Positions 24,215-32,155 of a stretch of 34,070 nt of DNA are shown here, in pieces (the stretch's first letter is position 1; each line of letters starts with the position of its first letter). Made by a program: the position numbers and the translations under genes. The notes below the pieces were generated by a model. That model ran no database searches. It saw only the letters and a list, made by a program, of their open reading frames with translations, and was not told where the DNA came from. Origin of the DNA: a virus (Duplodnaviria; Caudoviricetes); the IMG/VR virus record IMGVR_UViG_3300005259_000069, positions 1 to 34,070 of that record. One strand, given 5' to 3'.

Positions 24215-24961
24215 TTACTTGGTCTGCAGCGCAGAAATAAACGCGTCCCAGGCCAGCGGCAATTCGTCCGGCAGATTATACCGGTTCTTGGCCACTCGTC
24301 CCGGACCGCCGGTGGTTTTCATGATGCGTTCGCCGCCGTTCGCACCGATCGCGTGGGCGATGGTCCGGTCGCCCTCTTTTTCCGTCCGGATCCGCCGGGT
24401 GGCGTAGAAAATCGCGTCCACCCATTCGGTCACCATGGTGACCGCCAGCTTCTGCATGCGCGGCACCACCTGGTCATAGGTGGCGGATTCCGGATCGCGG
24501 ACCGGGCGAATATCGCTGTGGGCCAGAAAAATCACCGCCATGCCCTTGAGCCGGCGCAACTGTTCCAGTTTGGACAGCAGCTCCGACCACGAGTTGAGAG
24601 CGTGCTTATATCCGTTTCCCCAGCCGCCGTCGGCTTTTTCGATGACCGATACCCCGAACCGCTCGCACACGGCATCGAAGATCAGTTTTTCCAGCCAATC
24701 GGCGCTGTCGATGACGACTGATTGGAACTTGTGATCCTCACGCAAGAGCGTATTTAGATAGTCGTCGATCTGTGTGAGCTTGGTAGCCAGCGGAAATCTG
24801 GCGCAGCCGACCTGTGACTGACCGTCTTCGGTGGGAATAAAGATCGGCGCGGGAGCGGATGCCCCGAACGTCGTCTTGCCGATTCCTTCCGGCCCATACA
24901 ACAGAATGCGCGGCGGCTCGAACGTTTTTCCGGTAATGATGGTTTCCAACAATGATCCCAT
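24215..24961 (-). CDS. AAA_24/Sak4-like ATPase (putative ssDNA-annealing recombinase)
   Basis: LYGPEGIGKTT, VVIDSADWLE, IFLAH, EWVD, AKNR. Confidence 0.88.
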   Translation of the reverse strand: MGSLLETIITGKTFEPPRILLYGPEGIGKTTFGASAPAPIFIPTEDGQSQVGCARFPLATKLTQIDDYLNTLLREDHKFQSVVIDSADWLEKLIFDAVCERFGVSVIEKADGGWGNGYKHALNSWSELLSKLEQLRRLKGMAVIFLAHSDIRPVRDPESATYDQVVPRMQKLAVTMVTEWVDAIFYATRRIRTEKEGDRTIAHAIGANGGERIMKTTGGPGRVAKNRYNLPDELPLAWDAFISALQTK

Positions 24962-24980
24962 GGTTGCTATCCTTTTTTAT

Positions 24981-25190
24981 TTATGCCATTTTCAGGCGGT
25001 TAATGCGACGGGAGCGGCGTGCCATCCGGTTATGCGTCCGGCGACGGTCGACGCGGTTGGCGAATTCCCGAGTCCAGAAAGCCCGGGGATTGTAGTTCGG
25101 GTATTTCTTGCGATCCACCACGCCGTGTCCCCGAATCAATGCCTGACCGAACCAGTTAAAAAATCCGGCAAGAGAAAATATTTTTTGCAT
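24981..25190 (-). CDS. Small Arg-rich protein
   Basis: AAGGA RBS; C-terminal RRRTHNRMARRSRRINR. Confidence 0.6.
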   Translation of the reverse strand: MQKIFSLAGFFNWFGQALIRGHGVVDRKKYPNYNPRAFWTREFANRVDRRRTHNRMARRSRRINRLKMA

Positions 25191-25218
25191 TTTTCAGTCC
25201 TTTATATTTATTACTGAA

Positions 25219-26463
25219 TTAAGCCTGAGCAGGAGCGGCAATCGTGCCGTCCTCGATAATGATGGAACATTCGCTGCCTTTGGACACTCGGGTGGTGATC
25301 GCCTGCATGTTCTGGCTCTGCAGCCACTGGCTGAATTGGTCCAGCGTCGTCAAATCCATCTGTTCCAGACCGTCGATCAGGACAAAACCGCAGTCGGGGT
25401 TCATCTGCCGGACAATCGAGGTTGCCACGATCAGCTGGTCGGCTCCGCTCAAGCAATCCCACTGACGATTCTGGTAGAGCAGTTCGCCGTTGGCGATCGT
25501 CAGCCCTTCGAGCGGCAACTTTACGCTGCTCAACAACGCCAACCGGGCGGCGCGAATGTCATCGATCTGCTTGCCGAGCGTCTGGTAACGGGTAGTCAGT
25601 TCAAAGGCTTCTTTCGAAGCCTTGACCTTATCCTCATTGGCGCGGATCTTGGCGTTCACGGCTTCGTTGTCGGTCAACTGCTTTTCAATTTCAGCAAGAT
25701 CGGGCAACGGCGGCTGTTCGGCCAGGAATTTCGCACCGGCCGTCACGGTCTCGCGGAGCTTCCCCACCTGTTCCGTCAAACGTTTCAACGCCTCTTCCTG
25801 ATCAACCAACTGCTTTTTGTCGGCTTCGTGCATGGATACCAGACGCTGGCGTTCGGCAATTGTTTTGGCTGCGGCATCGCGCCGTTGCAGCAACTCGGAC
25901 AGCGTTACCGGCACAGACGGGACTCCGTCATGTTGCGGCAGGCTCTGAGCATATGCGGTCTTGTTCTTGGACTCGCGACCGGCCAGCGTCCGATCGTTTT
26001 CCAGTTCGCGCTCCTTGGCGTCAAACTCCTGCAGCTCTTTTTCGTGCCCGATCACCTGCAGCAGATATGACGCCTTGTCTTTGGCCGCCGCATTTATGAA
26101 ACGGGAAAGGTCAAGCGACAGCATGTTGATGATCTGGCGCAGATCGCTTTCTTTACTGCTGGTAAAACCGTTCGGCGCGGTAATTTTTAAATATCCCGGT
26201 TCGCCGTGGCGTTCGACCACCAGACCGTTCGACAGCGTCACCTTGACCGCCGGATCGGTTTCCGCGCCTTCGCGTTTGACCGAACTTGGCGCTGCGGTTT
26301 TACCGATCAGCGCCCACTTGATGGCATCCAGGATGCTGGTCTTGCCTTGGCGGTTATCGCCGCCGAGCACGAACAATGCTTTGCCGTCGCACGCGACTTC
26401 CACCACTTTGACGCGCTTGACGTTCTCTACTTCAAAACTAATGATTCTGGCCGGTTCATTCAT
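25219..26463 (-). CDS. SMC/SbcC-like ABC-type ATPase with a coiled coil
   Basis: ENVKR, GDNRQGKTSILDAI, LSGADQ signature, VLIDGLE Walker B. Confidence 0.88.
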   Translation of the reverse strand: MNEPARIISFEVENVKRVKVVEVACDGKALFVLGGDNRQGKTSILDAIKWALIGKTAAPSSVKREGAETDPAVKVTLSNGLVVERHGEPGYLKITAPNGFTSSKESDLRQIINMLSLDLSRFINAAAKDKASYLLQVIGHEKELQEFDAKERELENDRTLAGRESKNKTAYAQSLPQHDGVPSVPVTLSELLQRRDAAAKTIAERQRLVSMHEADKKQLVDQEEALKRLTEQVGKLRETVTAGAKFLAEQPPLPDLAEIEKQLTDNEAVNAKIRANEDKVKASKEAFELTTRYQTLGKQIDDIRAARLALLSSVKLPLEGLTIANGELLYQNRQWDCLSGADQLIVATSIVRQMNPDCGFVLIDGLEQMDLTTLDQFSQWLQSQNMQAITTRVSKGSECSIIIEDGTIAAPAQA

Positions 26464-26476
26464 AATTTCGCTATCC

Positions 26477-26731
26477 TTATTTTTGCATCATCAGTTTCCC
26501 GATGGTTTCATCTAATTCAGTTCGATCCACCATTTCGTTGCCGTCATTGCCCAGCGGTCGCCTGATCAGCGCCGCGAACGCCGGTACTGCCCGGAATCGT
26601 TCGGCACTGGGCAACCCGGCATAGGCGCTGGCAATCCGGACGGACATCAGGCGCGGCCACTTCTCGCCGCAGATTTTTGCGACGGTACGGTCGCCGTGCG
26701 GCACCAGGTCAATAGAGGGGTTGCTGCTCAT
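26477..26731 (-). CDS. Xis-like winged-helix DNA-binding protein
   Basis: WPRLMSVRIASAYAG...F...VDRTELDETI pattern. Confidence 0.55.
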   Translation of the reverse strand: MSSNPSIDLVPHGDRTVAKICGEKWPRLMSVRIASAYAGLPSAERFRAVPAFAALIRRPLGNDGNEMVDRTELDETIGKLMMQK

Positions 26732-26736
26732 GGCGG

Positions 26737-27537
26737 TTAATCCTTGGTCAAGTAGCCGATTTGTTCATATTGCGTTGGCCACTGATTATTCTGACGACAT
26801 TCCAGCAGGCGCTTGATCGCCGCCTGATTTTCTCTTTCCGAAGTCATCAGACCGTCTTCCACCAGGCGGTCGACGCGAACCCGCCAGGGGGCTTTTTTCT
26901 CGACCGCAATGATGTGGACCGGATACCGGCGGCTCACCTGGCGCAGAATCGCCCAATAAAAAGCCATCTGCATCCAGTAACCGTATTTCCGGGCGTCGAA
27001 CGGAAAGAAATCGACGTCGTCACAGGTTTTCAGATCAATCAAACCATTTTCCGGATGAAACGCATCCATGCGAATCTGGCAGGGGATACCGCAGTATTCG
27101 GTACGAACCACCCCCTCGGGAATAATGCCGGCGATCAGCCGCCTGGCTTCGGCATGTCGCCCCACTGCCGCCGCCAGGATTTCTACTTGTTCATAATCTG
27201 ACGGCCGCACCACTTCCTTGGTCTGTCCGGCCAACCACGTTTGATAAGCCAGCGTGGTAGCGCCGTAGGGTTCCCCGGTTTTGGGATTGATCGGCTGTTC
27301 GGTCGTATAGTCGCGCTCAAACGCCTCGCGACCTTCCAAAATCAGGCAGTGAGCCGCCCGACCCAACGCATACGACGGTTTATCTTCGTCCACTACTTCA
27401 CCGGTCATTTTCATCTGATAAAGCCGGGGACATTTCATGAAGTCCTTCAGCATGTGGCTGCTGAGGTATTCGCCGCGCCGCGTCCGGGCATGGTATTCCT
27501 CGGAACTTTCGGTGATGATCCACTCGGGAGTAATCAT
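26737..27537 (-). CDS. PD-(D/E)XK exonuclease (RecE/DUF3799-like)
   Basis: EEYHA...LSSHMLK, LGRAAHCLILEG, QIRMD, IDLKT, YWMQMAFY, AVEK; ATGA overlap sets the start. Confidence 0.88.
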   Translation of the reverse strand: MITPEWIITESSEEYHARTRRGEYLSSHMLKDFMKCPRLYQMKMTGEVVDEDKPSYALGRAAHCLILEGREAFERDYTTEQPINPKTGEPYGATTLAYQTWLAGQTKEVVRPSDYEQVEILAAAVGRHAEARRLIAGIIPEGVVRTEYCGIPCQIRMDAFHPENGLIDLKTCDDVDFFPFDARKYGYWMQMAFYWAILRQVSRRYPVHIIAVEKKAPWRVRVDRLVEDGLMTSERENQAAIKRLLECRQNNQWPTQYEQIGYLTKD

Positions 27538-28598
27538 TTCTGCTTCCTCCCGGCAATCCATTCTTCACGCCGAGTGCCATACGTTGTAGATTTATAGTCG
27601 GCAACAAAATCAACAAAACGATTTTTTACCAGCTGAAACATTTCTTGAATGGCATTAATGCGTGAACAAATCTGTTCCGATTGACTCAGTCCAGGTTCAT
27701 CTTTGGGCAGCTTCAGTCCGCTCCAGATCATTCGTCCGGCATCAAACTGCCCTTCCCATAGATTGTCGTGATCCGGTGCAATCCGCAAAAGTGCCTTACT
27801 GAGTGTTTTTCCTGCCGCCAGCGCCGCCTGCAGTTCGTCACAAACCGGAGCGGCGTCCCCTTTGGCCGACACTGTCGTCGCTACTGCACAAATATCCTGT
27901 TTTTCATCGTCAAAATACAATTCCAGGGGAGCCGATACATAAAACGATGGTTCGCCGTCAAGTTTCCAGATCTCGCTCTGCCATAAGCACCACGTCAAAA
28001 ATTCCCGGCCGATCGCCGATGCGTTAAGCACTGCGCCATCCAGCGGTTCCGCGTTTGCGCATTTCAACAGGTACAGCGGACTCATTGCTTCCAGCTCAAC
28101 GCCAAGCGCGGCATAGAACTGAATCGCTACATCTTCCAGCAGACCGGCGGACGATGCCAATACGTAAACCTGTTGTTCGTCGGGTGCAATAATCACCTGC
28201 GCCCATTGGATTACCGGAAGCGCCTTGCGGTTGAGTTCGTCGGTTACTTCAATTTTTACTTCGCGCCGAACTTTGTACGGAACATGAGATGCGCCATTGA
28301 CCGCCATCCATGCGCCCAGCTTGCGTTCCACTGCCGCTTCGATGAGCTTTGAGGCTGCCTTGCGTTCTGCCTTGCGCAGATGAATGATGAAATAGTTGCC
28401 CAAGCGGCAGTTGTCTTCTTGAAAGTTACAACTCAGAACATCGTTGCCGACAGCCCAGCCGATAGACGGCTTGCCGACGTTGACATCATCCAGAGAGCCG
28501 GCAGAACGCGCTTTGAGACAATCATAAAACTCATCCCATTCCGGCTCGCCGATCATGCCGAATACCGCCAACGCCATGCTTTTTTTCAGAATATCCAT
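27534..28598 (-). CDS. RdgC-like recombination-associated protein
   Basis: SIGW...LRKAERK...EVKIEV...L.RKALP N-terminal pattern; IGREFLTW and AALAAGK C-terminal pattern. Confidence 0.65.
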   Translation of the reverse strand: MDILKKSMALAVFGMIGEPEWDEFYDCLKARSAGSLDDVNVGKPSIGWAVGNDVLSCNFQEDNCRLGNYFIIHLRKAERKAASKLIEAAVERKLGAWMAVNGASHVPYKVRREVKIEVTDELNRKALPVIQWAQVIIAPDEQQVYVLASSAGLLEDVAIQFYAALGVELEAMSPLYLLKCANAEPLDGAVLNASAIGREFLTWCLWQSEIWKLDGEPSFYVSAPLELYFDDEKQDICAVATTVSAKGDAAPVCDELQAALAAGKTLSKALLRIAPDHDNLWEGQFDAGRMIWSGLKLPKDEPGLSQSEQICSRINAIQEMFQLVKNRFVDFVADYKSTTYGTRREEWIAGRKQK

Positions 28599-28873
28599 TA
28601 TGCGTTTTTCCTTTCCAGAGCCGGGTCGCCCCAGTTTAACACCGCATTATCACGAATCTTCTGGAGCTGGGCGATTGCCCGGTCCACATCGACGATCAAG
28701 TTCTGTCCGGCGAGTTCAACCGTTGTTCCGTTACCGGAGACGTATAAAAGAATGTCCTGGGGAGTAATGCTGTATTTAATACTTTTTGCTGGGCAAAACC
28801 GCAGCGACCAGTTCCCGTCGTCGGAAATCATGTCCTGGCTTTCCACAACCGGTTTTTTATTTTTCCAATTCAT
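28598..28873 (-). CDS. Hypothetical protein
   Basis: TAATG coupling to the RdgC-like gene; AAGGA upstream. Confidence 0.6.
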   Translation of the reverse strand: MNWKNKKPVVESQDMISDDGNWSLRFCPAKSIKYSITPQDILLYVSGNGTTVELAGQNLIVDVDRAIAQLQKIRDNAVLNWGDPALERKNA

Positions 28874-28979
28874 CTTGTGCGTATTTCCTTTGATTGTGCA
28901 GTTGAGCGGTCCGCGCCTTGGCATAAGCGAAGAAAGACATAATGCTCAAGGCGATTTGCCAAATGTCGTCCTCTTGCAT
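28857..28979 (-). CDS. Small hypothetical protein (40 aa)
   Basis: MQEDDIWQIALSIMSFFAYAK...; GGAG RBS; fills the gap between neighbours. Confidence 0.45.
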   Translation of the reverse strand: MQEDDIWQIALSIMSFFAYAKARTAQLHNQRKYAQDELEK

Positions 28980-28980
28980 A

Positions 28981-29208
28981 TTATTCTTGCTCCGGGGTTC
29001 CGCCGGCGTTTTGCCGCTGCCGGTCGCGAACGCGAAGAATCGCCACACAGTGCGCGGCCAGGTTTTCGAGTTCCCGGTCCAGATCAGTCCCGGGATCGAC
29101 AATGCGTTCGGCAATAATTGCCACCGTGCGCCGTTGTTCTTTTTCGCCACTCGGGATTTCCGTCTCCAACGCCTGGCGCAGGCGTTCAATCGTGTTGTAT
29201 CTGCTCAT
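28981..29208 (-). CDS. Hypothetical protein
   Basis: AAGGAG RBS; ATGA overlap. Confidence 0.6.
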   Translation of the reverse strand: MSRYNTIERLRQALETEIPSGEKEQRRTVAIIAERIVDPGTDLDRELENLAAHCVAILRVRDRQRQNAGGTPEQE

Positions 29209-29435
29209 TTGATCTTGATCTCCTTTTCGGGATTGGCGATCAGCCATGCGGCAAACCGCGCCAGAGAAATTTTACCATTGACAACCGGAGCGCCGCGTTC
29301 CAGCGCGGCTCGAACCATCGGACCATAATCACCGCCGGTTTGAGCATTTATTTGGGCAATAAGATCATCCGGCGTTACTTCAAACGCGCCCATCTGCTCG
29401 ATGGACTTGAATTGCTTGACTTTGCTTTTTTTCAT
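29205..29435 (-). CDS. Small HTH-like protein similar to the terminase small subunit-like protein
   Basis: TPDDLIAQI...ALERGAPVVNGKISLARFAAWLI versus APSDLVLLL...AGLPRNPNGTVNFFEYLAYLL. Confidence 0.6.
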   Translation of the reverse strand: MKKSKVKQFKSIEQMGAFEVTPDDLIAQINAQTGGDYGPMVRAALERGAPVVNGKISLARFAAWLIANPEKEIKIK

Positions 29436-29454
29436 TTTGCTTGTACCTTGAATA

Positions 29455-29512
29455 AACGGCGCTGACTTTGCCGCCGTTGCTGCCGGTGTTGAAGCCACCG
29501 GCAGCGCTTTTT
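29455..29512. terminator. Two abutting GC-rich hairpins; the second is followed by a T-tract on the + strand
   Basis: AACGGCG/CGCCGTT (29455-29478) and GCTGCCGGTG/CACCGGCAGC (29479-29505), then GCTTTTT. Confidence 0.5.
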
Positions 29513-29654
29513 ACACCTTTGCCGAGGGAGCCGCTTTTCCCAAGGCACGAATCAACGCCTGATACTGGCCCGGCGGCAGGTCGCTTTTCATCCGCGATTT
29601 AACCAGCAAAATTGTCCCCGGTGTCAACTCCTGATCGTTGCACTGCTTTCCCAT
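29511..29654 (-). CDS. Small hypothetical protein (47 aa, not in the ORF track)
   Basis: MGKQCNDQELTPGTILLVKSRMKSDLPPGQYQALIRALGKAAPSAKV; AAGGAG RBS. Confidence 0.55.
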   Translation of the reverse strand: MGKQCNDQELTPGTILLVKSRMKSDLPPGQYQALIRALGKAAPSAKV

Positions 29655-29675
29655 TCCGCTATCTCCTTAATTTAA

Positions 29676-29693
29676 GGTTAGTATTTGCTAACC
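29676..29693. promoter_or_regulatory. Operator-like palindrome O1
   Basis: GGTTAG-TATTTG-CTAACC. Confidence 0.75.
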
Positions 29694-29717
29694 CATTTAG
29701 GCAAAAAAATTTTGTTA

Positions 29718-29915
29718 TTACAGCAACTGTTTATAATCAACTCGTAAAATTCCAGCAAACTTTTTCGCCGTGGAAACTCGGCGAATACCTTTGGATTTGA
29801 ACTGCGAAACCGCGCCTTTTGTAATACCTAAGCGCTCCGCCATGGCAACAGTGCCAAGCTTGCGGTCATCACAGAATTTTTCAAAGGCCGTTTTTTCTAT
29901 CATCAGAACATCCAT
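29718..29915 (-). CDS. Cro-like HTH protein
   Basis: AMAERLGITKGAVSQF; first gene of the leftward operon, divergent from the repressor. Confidence 0.82.
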   Translation of the reverse strand: MDVLMIEKTAFEKFCDDRKLGTVAMAERLGITKGAVSQFKSKGIRRVSTAKKFAGILRVDYKQLL

Positions 29916-29918
29916 AAA

Positions 29919-29936
29919 GGTTAGCTGTTACTAAAC
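29919..29936. promoter_or_regulatory. Operator-like palindrome O2
   Basis: GGTTAG-CTGTTA-CTAAAC. Confidence 0.75.
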
Positions 29937-29963
29937 TATAATTAAAGCACCCAACAAAAGCAA
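29935..29963 (-). promoter_or_regulatory. Putative sigma70 promoter for cro and the lytic operon
   Basis: TTGCTT-17 nt-TATAGT on the minus strand, overlapping O2. Confidence 0.55.
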
Positions 29964-29981
29964 TAGGCAAAATTAAAAAAA

Positions 29982-29999
29982 ATTTAACTTTTGCTAACC
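29982..29999. promoter_or_regulatory. Operator-like site O3 (degenerate left half)
   Basis: ATTTAA-CTTTTG-CTAACC. Confidence 0.55.
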
Positions 30000-30006
30000 T
30001 TGACGA

Positions 30007-30035
30007 TTGACAAGCGCATATTTTATTAGTATTGT
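30007..30035 (+). promoter_or_regulatory. Putative sigma70 promoter for the repressor
   Basis: TTGACA-17 nt-TATTGT. Confidence 0.65.
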
Positions 30036-30051
30036 TTAGCATAAGCTAAAC
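30034..30051. promoter_or_regulatory. Operator-like palindrome O4
   Basis: GTTTAGC-ATAA-GCTAAAC. Confidence 0.75.
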
Positions 30052-30067
30052 TAATCATGGTGAAGAC

Positions 30068-30595
30068 ATGGATGCTAAAGATAATAAATTTGAATGTAAA
30101 TATAAAGCGTTTGGTAAGGTGCTTGAAGGCATACTTACTCGCTATAAGATCCTCTATAAGGATCTTGGTGCAACCATTGGCGTGGGGCGGACTATGGTTT
30201 CTCACTTCACTGCCGGTCGCTATCTTCCAGATGAAGAGCAATTTAATCATATCTTAACCGTGTTGTCGTGTCACAACGTTGTCGACGCGGATTCCGAAGC
30301 GTTGATAAACGAGTGGAGTAAAAAGCGAGTTGGGGACAAAGTGCATCAGGAAATCACCCATGTGAATCTCATTGAGACCACCCCTGGTTGTTTATCTGAC
30401 GGGCGCTTGGTGACCAAGGACCTTTCCGAAGAAAACCTTTTGATTTTCTGGCGCGGTTTAACCTTACCCCAGCAACGCAAATTTAATGACCTGATGCGAC
30501 AGGCAGATCATAACGCTATTGACTTGATGCTGGTGGAATTCGATAAGGCATTAAGAATTGGCGAAGACAAAGCCCCCTATAAGGCCGACAAATAA
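30068..30595 (+). CDS. CI-like XRE-family repressor without an S24 peptidase domain
   Basis: FGKVL..ILTRYKILYKDLGATIGVGRTMVSHFTAGRYLP HTH; divergent from cro. Confidence 0.82.
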   Translation: MDAKDNKFECKYKAFGKVLEGILTRYKILYKDLGATIGVGRTMVSHFTAGRYLPDEEQFNHILTVLSCHNVVDADSEALINEWSKKRVGDKVHQEITHVNLIETTPGCLSDGRLVTKDLSEENLLIFWRGLTLPQQRKFNDLMRQADHNAIDLMLVEFDKALRIGEDKAPYKADK

Positions 30596-30888
30596 CCCGC
30601 TTCATAAAAATTACTCCCCATTTAGAGTCGTTGGCAAAATGACTTCATGCGTAAAGCGTGCCAACAATAATCTTGCCAGAAAATAATTATATTTTCTGCA
30701 CGATGATTAAATATTAGACACGAAAAAATCAACACTAAAAAATATATGTAGCGAATTACAACACTGCCATGAAACGCTACGCTATGATTTTTAACCATCC
30801 CTTGCAAACTTGATTCACCAAGTGAATAACAAGAAATAGTTTTTCCCTCAAGCGGGATTTTTACAATGCAATAGCTATTTTATTGAGC

Positions 30889-31239
30889 ATGGATAAATAT
30901 GTTAAAGCGCTGCGAGCCTATCTCGTTTCTACAGGTGTAACCCAACGCGCACTCTCAGCCCAACTGGGAGTGTCCCAGGCAACCATTTCTCGATGGATGG
31001 CCGGCAACACATTTATCTCACTGGATAATTGCGAACGTATTTCTCGCCTCATCGGCCTGCCCGGCAATGAGTCTGAACGATGTCCCCTGGATAACGCCTG
31101 CCCGATCTTAAACGGTGGCAGCATTGACTATGAATCCGCCATGCTGTGGCAAAAATGGCAGGGACTAAATAACCGGCAACGTCAGGCAATTATTCGTAAT
31201 ATTGATAATTTTTTGAATAAAAATATTGTTTCGCACTAA
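30889..31239 (+). CDS. XRE-family HTH regulator
   Basis: GVTQRALSAQLGVSQATISRWMAG. Confidence 0.85.
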   Translation: MDKYVKALRAYLVSTGVTQRALSAQLGVSQATISRWMAGNTFISLDNCERISRLIGLPGNESERCPLDNACPILNGGSIDYESAMLWQKWQGLNNRQRQAIIRNIDNFLNKNIVSH

Positions 31240-31287
31240 AAATTGGTGCGCTGCATTATATTGTATATATATAAATGCGGGGACAAT

Positions 31288-31797
31288 ATGAAAATTATTA
31301 CATTTATTCTTTTTCTTCTTTCATTCTCTCTTTTTGGCGGCGACATCATTACCGGCCGGGCGCTATGGATCGATGATGGCGATACCTTTTGGATGGTCAC
31401 CAAAGACAAAGCAGCGGTCAAGATCCGCATGTGGGGCATTGACGCCCCGGAAAAGGATCAACCAGGTGGCAAAGAGGCTACCATGGCTTTAATCCAGATG
31501 ATCGGACGCAAGCAGATAAAAGTGGAAACTTTCGGCCTCGACAGATACAAATCTCGCACTATGGGCAGGGTTTATCTTGGCGCGCTGGACGTCAATCTCG
31601 AAATGGTCGCCACTGGTAACGCTTGGTGGTATCGGCAGTACGCACCCAAGGCTACAGATATCCAAGCTGCGGAAATAAAAGCGCGCGCGGCAAAACTCGG
31701 GATCTGGTCAGCACCGATCGTGCTGCCTCCTTGGGACTGGCGTCATCACCCGGAAAAAAGAGAAGTTTTACTCTCTGCCGCCGTCAAAACACCTTGA
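31288..31797 (+). CDS. Thermonuclease (SNase) family protein with an N-terminal signal peptide
   Basis: MKIITFILFLLSFSLFG signal; DDGDT, IRMWGIDAPE, DRYKSR, VNLEMV..G.AW, ARAAKLGIW. Confidence 0.92.
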   Translation: MKIITFILFLLSFSLFGGDIITGRALWIDDGDTFWMVTKDKAAVKIRMWGIDAPEKDQPGGKEATMALIQMIGRKQIKVETFGLDRYKSRTMGRVYLGALDVNLEMVATGNAWWYRQYAPKATDIQAAEIKARAAKLGIWSAPIVLPPWDWRHHPEKREVLLSAAVKTP

Positions 31798-31813
31798 TTT
31801 TTTTGCGCCCACA

Positions 31814-31831
31814 GGTTAGTATATACTAAAC
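31814..31831. promoter_or_regulatory. Operator-like palindrome O5 over a putative promoter (TTGATT-17 nt-TAGTAT)
   Basis: GGTTAG-TATATA-CTAAAC. Confidence 0.72.
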
Positions 31832-31849
31832 AAGACAAGGTAATGCATC

Positions 31850-32155
31850 GTGAATGTTTATCAGGATATGCTCCGGGAATATATGAGCATTACCGGAGTT
31901 AATCAGAATGAATTAGCGAAGCGCCTTGGTGTACGGCCGCCGACAGTATCAAACTGGTTGAGCGCCGGCCATGGGATTACCGCAAAAAACCAGGCGCGAA
32001 TTGAAAAACTATGCGCCGCTGCAGTAAGCATAAAACGGGAAACCAGACGCGAGCTTGAAAATGACCTGATTCTGTGGTTTCTGGATCTTCCGGAAAATAT
32101 GGAACAAAGAGGTCGGCTATTGATGGATGCAGCCGGTCGCAAAGGAGCAAAATGA
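31850..32155 (+). CDS. XRE-family HTH regulator
   Basis: GVNQNELAKRLGVRPPTVSNWLS. Confidence 0.85.
   Translation: MNVYQDMLREYMSITGVNQNELAKRLGVRPPTVSNWLSAGHGITAKNQARIEKLCAAAVSIKRETRRELENDLILWFLDLPENMEQRGRLLMDAAGRKGAK

Noticed and set aside
2071-29465. Many long + strand ORFs (e.g. 3226-4191, 7314-8027, 21673-22788, 25336-26070)
   Set aside because: They are antisense shadows of GC-rich minus-strand genes, with no recognisable motifs or RBS.
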